Shown: piece after piece, positions 49,701-59,770 of the stretch | Position numbering within the stretch: position 1 is the first letter of the stretch | How the letters are laid out: each line of letters opens with the position of its first letter | From: Lytechinus pictus | Lineage: Eukaryota | Length of the DNA stretch: 64,000 bases | Direction: 5' to 3' | Assembly: GCF_037042905.1 (NCBI RefSeq) | Contig: NC_087246.1 | Span: 10,230,001 to 10,294,000, forward strand | The notes under the pieces: model-generated | Told to the model about the DNA's origin: nothing | Database searches by the model: none | The model's input: only the letters and a program-made list of their open reading frames with translations | Translations under genes and position numbers: made by a program

Positions 49701-52565
49701 AAATTGGACTTAATCTGCCAGTCCAAGATTAGACCAGGGTGATAAGAATCGGCTAAAACTTAAAAACAATTTTAAAAAATCTCTTGAGGAACACAAACTT
49801 TGATAATGGCCAACATTAGTTAGCTCTCCAATTTCATGGATTTTATTTCATATCTTTAAAAAAAAACACACAAACAAATCAATGTAGAAAAAAATATACA
49901 AAGTAAAAGGCATCAATGTAAGAAACAAAGCAAAATGATTCCTATTCTGTTCCGACGAAGATGACTTTCAAAATTAGTCATAATGATAAGAATAGCTGGA
50001 TTTATATAGCGCTCTTTCCAGAATTATAGATAGCATAACTATCATTAACCCGCCTTTAGCACGGGCTGCCACTTATTCAGCAGAACTCATTACATTCAAA
50101 GTGGAATAGTTTTGTCAGGTAGCCATTCACCTAACCAGAGTTGAGTGCAACATAATGTGGATGAAATTCTTGCTGAAGGAGAACTCGCCATTTTGGGGAT
50201 TCGACCCCACGACCCTGTGTTTGAAAGACGAGAGTCAGAACCACTACAGACCAAGACCACAGTAGTCACAGTTACAGGTCAAGGCAAGGGCTACTCACCA
50301 TACTCTGACATTATGTCACAGTCATACCACTGACATCGACTCCAGACCTAGCAATACTATACGTTATTACCAATGACATATACCATCGGTCGGTTTGGAG
50401 TAGGATTCATCGATGTGACTTTGTATCTTGACTTACCATTCTAAACATCTTTTCTGTTCTCTTCAGGTCAAATCTTCTTGCTGTAAGATGATTTAGAATA
50501 TGAAACATGGAAAAGTTAGTGTTATAATCAGTCTGAGTTCTATTAAATTACTTAATTTCTCACATAGAACTTTGATGATATATATATATGTATTATATAT
50601 CATCAAAGTTCTATGTGAGAAATTAAGTAATTTAGGTAATTTACATTTAATGGTTCATCAAGATGGATACATGGTAGAGGGTTGGTGTACATATGTATAA
50701 GGGAGGTGGGAGGCAGGGGCGGATCCAGCTTTCGCCAATAGGGGGGGGGGGCCGAAAAATATTTTCATCAACATTTTTCTCGATTGGCCGCTATAATCTG
50801 ATTTTTTTTTGGGGGGGGGGGTTCAGGGGGTAGTCCTAACTAGAGACTGAAGTTTTAAGTATATGTTAGTTTTTATTGTTATAAACAAGATAAGGTATCT
50901 CATGTGGTCTTAATATATAATGCGAGCGCGAAGCGCGAGCTCAAATTCTTTGATATTTTATGTCCTTAGACCTGAAGATTCTGAGGAGATTTTATAATCA
51001 TGTAAAAGATAAGTATCCAACTAAACAATGCGAGCGCGAAGCGCGAGCCGAAATTTTATCATAGTAACGTGAAAAGGGACTCAATTAGGACTGTTTTTAG
51101 TGATAAATGAAGAGGATACAAGTATCACCAATTAAATAATGAGAGTGCGAAGCGCGAGCTCAAAATTTTTGATATTCCGACCTGAAAACTGGACAGTCTA
51201 AGCGCGTTTTTATTTAAATACAGATAAAGCTGTGTGTCTCAAACAATTAAATGCGAGCGCGAAGCAAAAGCTCAATTTTTTTATATACTGACATGATAAA
51301 GGAGCATTTTGACAAATTTTGGTAAGAATTTCCAAAGAGGATAGGTAACTCACAAATCAAACAATGGGAGCGCGCAGCGCGAGCTGAAAATTTTGATATA
51401 AACAATTTGTGTAAAACAAAGTAATTAAAGCTTGATGTGCGAGCTAAAATATTGTGTGCAAATTGATTTCAGATCTGGATATATAAGTGTTATTTAATCC
51501 TCTTGAATGGGATTCATTGGCACAGGCAATGCGAGCGCGAGCGAAATTTTTTATATAAAGTTCTTTTTCCAATTCTTCCCCTCACCCTTTTCTTGTTTCC
51601 TTTCGGGGTCGGGCCGGCCGTTGCGAGGTTGTAAATTACACATCCTGGGTATGATACCTCTTTCCTACTTTTCTTTAGTGTTTTTCCTATAGTACACTTT
51701 TTCTGCAGGTTGACAAAAAATAGGGGGGGGGGCCGGGGCCGGCTCGGCCCCCTCCTGGATCCGCGCCTGGGAGGGGTCAACTTGTTACCAGCCTCAGGAT
51801 AATAACTACCCTGATTACTATTACTGAAAATCAGTAATTTGATTAATATTATATAATTATATGGAACAGGGCTTTGCATGGTGAGATGGATGGGACTGGT
51901 GGGGGAAATTAACTTACCCCGAAGAAATTTCAGGAGTTTGACATCGTCATGTTCTGGCTTCAGAACGTCTGAAACATTCTCTTTGAACTGTTTGAAGAGA
52001 AAATATGTGGCTAATCAATCCAAGGTATTTTTCTTTATCAATAATTATAATCAATAAATTTTCAGATGTTCTAAGATCTATATTAACACAGACAAATGAA
52101 ATATTTTAAATGGTTTTATTTGATTTAAAGACTACTCATTTTACATACATTGTTACCTAAGTGAATGAAGTAAAAAAGTATGAATAAAAATAGGATTAAG
52201 CGAAAATGCTATAAATTAATAGATTTATAAGTAAAAAGCAAAATTGTTATGGGGTTGTTTGCAGAATACTACTTCAAAAGCTAGTTTAGTAATGAAATCA
52301 TTTTAGAAGAAACATAAAGTGCCATAATAAAAGGGATATAGTCTGCAATCTCAGCTTTTGATCGGTATACATCTCCTCAGTTATTGACATAAATTGATCG
52401 AAATGTCGTGATTAATGATATAAAAAAAGAAAAAGCTAACAAGATTTTGATGATGACAAAATGGTATATGTTTACAAACTAGTCTGGTATTCATTTAAAA
52501 CAGAAGCATACCTTTCTCAGCTTTTCCTTCTGGCTGTCTGAAAGGTTACCTGGGAAACCGCTCAT
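43733..52565 (-). CDS. SEC14L2-like: SEC14-like protein 2/3/4 family lipid-binding protein (CRAL-TRIO + GOLD), paralog B, 12 exons, 402 aa
   Basis: Minus-strand exons: 52565-52512, 51987-51918, 50480-50437, 49629-49567, 49058-48965, 48579-48485, 48256-48158 (GC donor), 47516-47372, 46692-46586, 46237-46098, 45019-44865, 43875-43733 (TAA); 1209 nt. Exons 1-10 have the same sizes as in paralog A. Protein: [110 protein letters not shown]. Confidence 0.93.
45133..45420 (-). mobile_element. Short 3' remnant of a LINE with an (AATAC)n tail
   Basis: (TTGTA)n followed by TTTATTTTCCATTCATAAAAACATAC.., resembling the 3' end of the LINE at 36630-36720. Confidence 0.45.
50012..50260 (-). mobile_element. 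tRNA-derived SINE (degenerate) in intron 3 of SEC14L paralog B
   Basis: Minus strand: A-box-like TGGTCTGTAGTGG, B-box-like GGGTCGAATCC, a central CCTTCAGCAAGAA..CCACATT..GCACTCAAC..GGTGAATGG block, and an L2-type 3' tail GAGCGCTATATAAAT. Confidence 0.75.
50544..50634. repeat. Perfect AT-rich inverted repeat, 41-bp arms, 9-nt loop
   Basis: TAAATTACTTAATTTCTCACATAGAACTTTGATGATATATA (50544-50584) is the exact reverse complement of 50594-50634. Confidence 0.95.
50714..51769 (-). mobile_element. TIR element (CAGGGGCGGATCCAG..CTGGATCCGCGCCTG) with GCGAGCGCGAAGCGCGAGC repeats, intron 2 of SEC14L paralog B
   Basis: TIRs visible, with GGAGG directly on both flanks (5-bp, possibly 6-bp TSD). About 7 copies of the CpG motif at ~110-bp spacing, in the opposite orientation to 55209-57370. 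Confidence 0.8.
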
Positions 52566-53208
52566 GTTGATGAAAATACCGTATACTATACGAGGATTGG
52601 GTGTAATATACGTCCTTCGAAAAATTTCAAAAATTCTCCTGTAGGCCTAGTGGTATAGTTTTCACTACCAATAGACAAATTCTGGTTTAAAAACAACAAT
52701 CCGGTATCGTTAAAGATGAATATTTACAAAGAGGTAGTACCAAGGCCTCATTTCACAAAAAGGATATATTTAAATGCAACACAATAAATAAAAATCCTGT
52801 CCGATTTAATACGTGCCGCAGAATAGTTGAATTTCAAATTACGTTTGATATCTTTGACTTGGTTCCACTCGGAGGTGTGTCGCGATAAAGGGTTTGATAT
52901 CTTACAATATCACGCTCTTTTACTCCAATCTTTCGTCTATATTTATCATAACATGAGATTACAACGACCCAAATCGCTTAATTAACCTGTAATTGTACCT
53001 GATGGAGTTTAAAGTCCACTAATGACAGGGGACTGTCGATCATACGCAACGGACGGGCGAGATGGGAGAAAAATAAACAAACAAAGTTCAATATTTAAGT
53101 GGGTAAAAAGATTTCTATCTTGGAGATTTTGGAATTATTACTTTCCGAAAGGGTTGAAGGAGACTGTTTTGGAAGTCCATCGATTGCCTATCACTGTTTT
53201 GCTCTTGA

Positions 53209-54278
53209 AGCCCCAGTCACATATAGACACGGATCCTCACGGATCAACACGGCAATGCCGGCATGATCCGGGGAGGTCCGGGGTCCTTTTGCCCCGGATT
53301 AAGTGTCGACGAGCGTTGATGATAGCACACACGGCATCTTCACAAGGATCTACACGGACCATGCCGACAGAGCACGTCGTCTACACGGATCATCTGGTCG
53401 TCAACACGGACCAACACGTCGTCAACACGGACCAACACGTCAGCAACACGGACCTACACGTCAGCAACACGGACCAACACGTCAGCTACCTTGACCAACA
53501 CGTCAGCTACACGGACCAACACGTCAGCAAACGGACCAACACGTCAGCTACACGGACCAACACGTCAGCTATATTGACCAGCACGACAAATGAAAATCTG
53601 CTCATAAAAATGAGCTGATTTTTGTTTTATTTTTTTCATTCATTTTCTCATCCTTGTCGCAACATCGAAATTGTTTTCTGAGTGAATCATAAAAAAAAGT
53701 ATATAAAAACTCAAAACCTCCTTAACCAGTACAAACGCTGTTTTATTTTTTATACAACACAGTTTACTGTTTTTAGAGTAGTTGTTAAGTTCTTGAAATC
53801 TTAAACAAGAAATTCAATTTTGAATATTTAATCTTAATTAAATTAAGCATATGCTAATGTCAACTGTTTAGTAACTACTGAAAAGTTCATACAGTAAACA
53901 GTGTTGTAGAAAATTGATGGGGAAAAAAAAAACACGGACTACTAAATTATACTCCAGGCAGCTACACGGACCTCCACGGCAACTACACGGACCTACATGT
54001 CAGCAACACGGACCAACAGGTCAGCTACACGGACCATCCCGGACTGCTTGTCTACCCGGCAGTCCACGGATGACGCCGGATGTTTTTGACAGTCAAAAAC
54101 TGCCGTGTTGGCCTCCCGGACGTTCAAGGACCAACACGGACCACCACCACTGAACTGGAAATACGTATTTCCAGTTCAGTGACCACCACGGACCTCCAAG
54201 GATGCCCAACACGGATCTCTCCCCGGACCACCCGGATCAGATCCGGGATGGTCCGGGGTCTATTATGTGACTGGGGCT
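53209..54278. mobile_element. Harbinger-like non-autonomous element with internal 21-bp tandem repeats
   Basis: TIR AGCCCCAGTCACATA..AGAC / GTCT..TATGTGACTGGGGCT, flanks TGA / TAA. (CACGGACCAACACGTCAGCWA)n at ~53380-53585 and ~53955-54035. Lies ~640 bp upstream of the paralog B ATG. Confidence 0.85.
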
Positions 54279-55208
54279 TAAAGAACAAACCAAACACGCA
54301 AGTGGCCTTCCTATATATACAAGTCATGTATGTGAATGGTATACATCATGACTGTATATACAAAGATCATGAAATCATTATAGAATAGATATTCAAGAAC
54401 GGCCTAGGTATACATGATATAAGAAAATATCAGGTACCCATGAGTTGATAAATTGACATGTACACATGTTGGGCAACATATACTGTCCACTGTTTTGGGT
54501 AATGTATGTTGGTAAAAAAATATATATATTCTGGGCCATTATTATCCAATTCAGCAAATTTATCACCCAATTATTAGTTTTTATTACCCAATTTGGACAT
54601 ATTTTAACCAATAGTTGTGTGGACAGTATGTTGTCCAGTGATGGTTAAAAATTGACCATTTTCCCCCAACCTTTTTAAGAGTTTAAAAGAAAAGTCCTCC
54701 GGGCAAAAAAAAACACACAAAGAAGAGTCGATTGTTTTAGTGGAGATTATGATATTGACTACGATGCATCAAAATATTAATACATGTACTGTTAGATGAA
54801 AGTTCGCAAATTAAAACTCTGTCTGAAGCTTGCATGGTAATGATTTTAGAATATCGTCAAACATTAAATTCTTATAAAATTGTAAAGTGACCGTGAGATT
54901 TTTTTTCACCCGTTGTTTCATTCTGAAAAAAAGAAGTTACAAATGTTTGAAGTTTATATTTGAGGACATTTGGCTCTCTCTCTTTCTCTCTATTTTCTCT
55001 GATTATTTTTCTCTTTGATAAAAAAAACCCTCTTCAGCAAAATGAGAAATATTTCCATCCTCACTTCAAACAGGGGAGGGGGTATAAAACACCGTGTGTC
55101 TATACGTGCATGATAGGCAAACTGTGTTATAATGATAGATAAGTCAGGTTTGTTAGTATTTGTTTGATATATTTTACAATTGTCAGTTGGATCATTTCAA
55201 ACCTACAG

Positions 55209-57370
55209 CATAGGCGGATCCAGGGGGGGGGGCCGAGGGGCCCGCCCCCTATTGGCGGAGCAAAAAATTAAAAAAGGAAAGAAAGAAAGAAAAAAGGGGA
55301 AAATATGAAAAAAAGGAGAGGGGAAAGGAAGGAAAAGAGAGAAGAAAAAAGAAGAGGAGGAAGACGAGTGAATAAAATAAGATGTAGGGAAGACTTGGAA
55401 ATATAAAAAGAATATTTCATGTCACTATATAAAATTTTCGCTGCATTGCCTGTTAGGTGATTTTCATATCTTGTTCAATATGGAGTTTAAAAGTCAAGTT
55501 TGGAAGTTAATATACAAAACATATTTCACCTCGGAAATCGAACATTCATTATTTTGTGTAATTTACAAATTTATTTTTTAAAAGTGCTCTGTAAAAGTGT
55601 CAATTTTATGGTCTGAGTATTAACATTTTCTGCTCGCGCTGCGCGCTCGTAAAATTTTGATTTATTTGGTACCTATTATTTTCGTGTATTCCATAAAGTT
55701 TTCAAAATATCCCTTTTCAGGTCTGATTGTCAAAACGTATCAGCTACCGCTGCACGCTCGCATTTTGATTGGCGAGTTATGTATGTCTCAATATTGATTA
55801 TACAACAAACTACTTAAAATCCCCTTTTCATGACAGTTCATCAAAAATTCTGGCTCGCGATTTGCCGTCGCTTTAAAGGTTAAAATATATTAACTGATGC
55901 ATCCTATTCATAATTACAAAAGTGCTTGAAATGTCAAGTTTTCAGGCCATAATATCATCAGATTTCGCACCCTCATTAGGCATTAAAAAATAAGATATTA
56001 ATTAAATTGTCCCTTTTGTTTCATCTCGCGCTAAGAAAGAGGAATAGGAAATTAGTCGTCATTTTCATATGCATGCCCTGAGGATGTCCCGGTCCTAAGT
56101 TAAAATTCAAAGTAATAATAATGTACGATCCATATCCACCTCACAATTTTTCTACAAAGCGCTTAAAATATAGAGCTGAAATCGACTCTTTTTTCAGATC
56201 GGAATATCAAATAGTTTAAGCTCGCGTCGCTTTGATTTTCATGACAAAAGATGTATTTAGAATACCTATAGATTTTAGGTCTAAATATGAAACACGCGCG
56301 CATGTTTATTTAGATACTCAACTTCTTCTCTATTTAAATCATTATCCAGTGTCAAATCACAACATCAAACATTTTCTGATCGCACTTTGTGCTTGCATTA
56401 TTAATGTAGGAAGATCCCCATTTACTCATTTTTTTCATGATTTGCAAAACATGAATAGAGTGTCCCGTTTTTAGGTCTAAATCTCGATTTTTTTTCGCTC
56501 GCGCTTCGCGCTCGCATCAATTGCTTAGTTATATACCTATCTTGTTCACGATTACAAAAATTGATTAAAATTTTACATTCTTTATGTAGAAATGTCAAAA
56601 ATGTTCAACTCGCGCTTCGCGCTAGCATTATTTGATTGTTTAAATATGTAACGTCTTCATGGCTATAAGTGCAAGCAGTCCTAACAGGTACAAAACGTTC
56701 AAAACAGTTCAAAACGTATATAAATTTTTCTGCTCGCGCTCTGCGCTCACATTATTAATGTAATGAAGATCCCTACTTACTCATCCTTTTCATGATTTAC
56801 AAAACTTGAATAGAGTGTCTCGTTCAGTAGGTCTACATCTCGAAATTTTCCGCTCGCGCTTCGCGCTCGCACCAATTGTTTAGTTGTATACCTATTCTGT
56901 TTCATTTACAAAAAGTGCTTAATATAATTTCCATTCCTTAGATAAAAGTTTCAGCTCGCGCTTCGCGCTCGCATTATTTGATTTTTTAAAATATGTTACG
57001 TCTCCATGGCTAACTGCAAGCAGTCTTTAACAGTACTCTTTCCATCGTTCATTTCTGCTCGCGCTTCACGTTCTTAGTAATTATTCATTTGCATATACAT
57101 CTTTTTCAGGATAACAATCATTGCCCAGAATGTTCAAAATTTTAGGAAAAAATACATAAGATTTCAAAAAAAATTTAGCTCGCGCTTCGCGCTCGCATCA
57201 TATAAATAAGGATTATGATATTATAATATTTATGTCTATACATAGGAATAAAACTAAGAATAGACTATTAGGAATACACCCCTTCAAAGAAACCAAAAAT
57301 CATTTTCGAGGGGCCGATTGGGGAAAATATGGCTGAAAAAAAATTTCGGCGAAGGTTGGATCCGCCCCTG
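55209..57370 (+). mobile_element. 2.16-kb non-autonomous TIR element with 6-bp TSD CTACAG and an array of GCTCGCGCTTCGCGCTCGCA motifs
   Basis: CATAGGCGGATCCA..TGGATCCGCCCCTG, with CTACAG at 55203-55208 and 57371-57376. About 13 motif copies at ~100-120-bp spacing. No transposase ORF. Confidence 0.85.
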
Positions 57371-57989
57371 CTACAGGGTGTGTAAAAGAGAGGCTTTTAA
57401 GAGGTGTGTTACAAGTGATTTTAACCGAAAGCATATTCTGCAAAGTATCACTGTCAAATCTCTATTTCTTTCTTTGCTTTTCTTCATTTTTTTTCTTTTA
57501 CCACTGGAATATTGTTTTAAAGCCTACTTTATAGGAAATCAGGATGTATTTTATGAGATGCATTTGTGGACTTTACATGGAATTGTAATTTGGTCGGGAG
57601 ACTCGGAATCACGACAAAAATAAAAAGAAATAAGTGCATTATTATTATTTTTAGGTATGAAACAATTTTCCAGGTATGAAATGTGCTGTAGCAATTTCGT
57701 TTGTAGCTTTCTGATATACAATAATATTACTCAATTTACAGTAAGATAGGTGTTGAATATTGTTCTTTTAAAAAATAAAAAAATTAAAACATTACCGAGA
57801 GAAGGCGCTAAATATCATGAAATGAAAAAGAATCTGGGGATAATAAGGTCACTATATACTTTTATCAGATTAGAATTGTAACTTATATTTTGATACATGC
57901 TAATGTTAACTGTAAGAACAGTTTTGTACTTAAAGCTATTGACAAGTCGACTCTGTCACAATGTCCTTGTAGAATAAATTATGTGGCCC

Positions 57990-58140
57990 TAATAACGATA
58001 ACAAATAATTATAATGATAATAATAATAATATGAATATGAATACCAACCACAGCAATAATGGTAATGGTAATAATTATAATAACGATGGTAATAACAATA
58101 ATGATATTGAACGTAATAATGATAATAAGTATGATGATAT
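57990..58140 (+). repeat. (AAT)n-like low-complexity tract
   Basis: Direct reading. Explains the poly-Asn ORF 57890-58240. Confidence 0.85.
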
Positions 58141-58152
58141 AAACGCTAAATA

Positions 58153-58904
58153 CAGTGCGTCCCACAAAAAACGAAACCGAGATCTATCGATGATTTATCA
58201 TAACTTATTCACCTCATTCACCTCATTCACGCATGAGTGAGCAAAAACAATTTGAAGAAAGGATACCAAAACCCATTTGGCAGGCCGTATCTGGGTTTTA
58301 AAAAGAAAATCACATGACTAAAAAGTTGATTATCTGCTCTTTAATTTGATACCTCAATTACAGAAAATGGTCAAGAAATAACAAAGTTCTGGTTATTTGA
58401 AATAAGGCTTGAATTTCAATAATTTCATAAAATGAAAAGGTTTTACAGGCTAGCGTTCAAACTCACTTGACATTCCGTTTTGTTGACGATCAGCCATGCA
58501 TTAAGTCTTTTGTTACCGTGCGATAGCTTCTGTGGGTAACCGGTGAAAACACGTTTATTTAATGAAATTATGGAAATTCAAGCATTGTTTCGAGGGATCT
58601 TAACTTTTTTACTTCTTGACCATTTTCTGTGATTAAGGTATCAAAGAAAAGAGCAGATATTGAACCTTTTAGTCATGTGATTTTCTCTTTGAAATTCAGA
58701 TACCCCCCGCCAAATGAGTTTTTTGTATCCTTTCTTCAAATTGTTTTTGCTCACTCATGCGTGAATGAGGGATTGTCTAAGTAATATCAGGTGAAAGAGG
58801 AGATTCTAAGCTTTACATTGGTAGGTCATTTGTCTATTTTGTTTATGATTAAGTTATGATAAATCATCGCTAAATCTCGGTTTCGTTTTTTCTGGGACGC
58901 ACTG
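58153..58904. mobile_element. Tc1/mariner-type foldback MITE (TA TSD, CAGTG termini) upstream of the TLR
   Basis: TA|CAGTGCGTCCCACAAAAAACGAAACCGAGAT..ATCTCGGTTTCGTTTTTTCTGGGACGCACTG|TA. The inner arms (~58220-58440 versus ~58555-58770) are also inverted repeats. Confidence 0.9.
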
Positions 58905-59770
58905 TATAACCTGCCTTTATCTTTACAAAAAGGGTTGGAAATTATCTATATGTGTGTTATGTCGAAACCAAAACAATTTTTTTTCATTCATTGTCTTTTT
59001 AATCTACGACTCGAGATACTATATCGCTGATTGAAACCAAATAAATATCAATTGCTTAATCAGTTTTCTGTATTAATAAACGCGAATTATATTGTCTCAG
59101 CTGTTCAAGTACAATTTTGCCAAGTGCGAGTTTCAATCTCTCATTTTCTCATATTGTCAGTCACGTGATTTTAACTGGCGAATAATAGACCGTGCACCAT
59201 ATTTGGCTCTTGTCTCACTGGTACATTTTTAATTCATAATAATCGGGATCAGGAAACGGACCTAAGGACTGAAACTCAAATAGAACATCGTCCTTAAAAC
59301 GATGTAGGCTATGCATGTGCAGAGGTTGAAAGGAGGTAAAAGTTAAAGGAGTAAAGTTAAAAATCAACCGATACGTATCTGTTTTGTAAGAACCACTGAA
59401 TGATTAACTGCAGTTATTTTGATGTACAATGTACTTTGCGAAAGACCACTGTCTTATGTATGTTTATATAAAACGTTATTATTCCAGTGGAGAATTGAGC
59501 AGTTTGGTATATAAAATGGAAAATACTGGAGGAAATTGAAATCAATTTACTTGCGACATCTAGGAATGACGACATCCATGATATGATAAAAACTATGCTT
59601 CGTTGATGTCATCATTTTAAAGTGAGCAGATATAGCCTCCGAAACCATGTGCAAATATTCCTTCAGGATGCAATCAAGGAAAGCATAAGAAAACACTTCA
59701 ATCGACATTTTTTCTACGGTTTTCTTGCATGAATAAGGACCCGCTGTGACCAGTTGATTGAAAGTGCAGG

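Noticed and set aside
50190-50260. tRNA gene
   Set aside because: The A/B boxes are degenerate and continue into a SINE body and L2-type tail. No convincing cloverleaf.
53022-54388. 198-aa and neighbouring repetitive ORFs as a transposase or a novel repeat protein
   Set aside because: They arise from 21-bp tandem repeats in a non-autonomous TIR element, are open in several frames, and have no DDE or Myb-like motifs.
57890-58240. Asn-rich protein upstream of the TLR
   Set aside because: An (AAT)n tract running into a Tc1-type MITE terminus.
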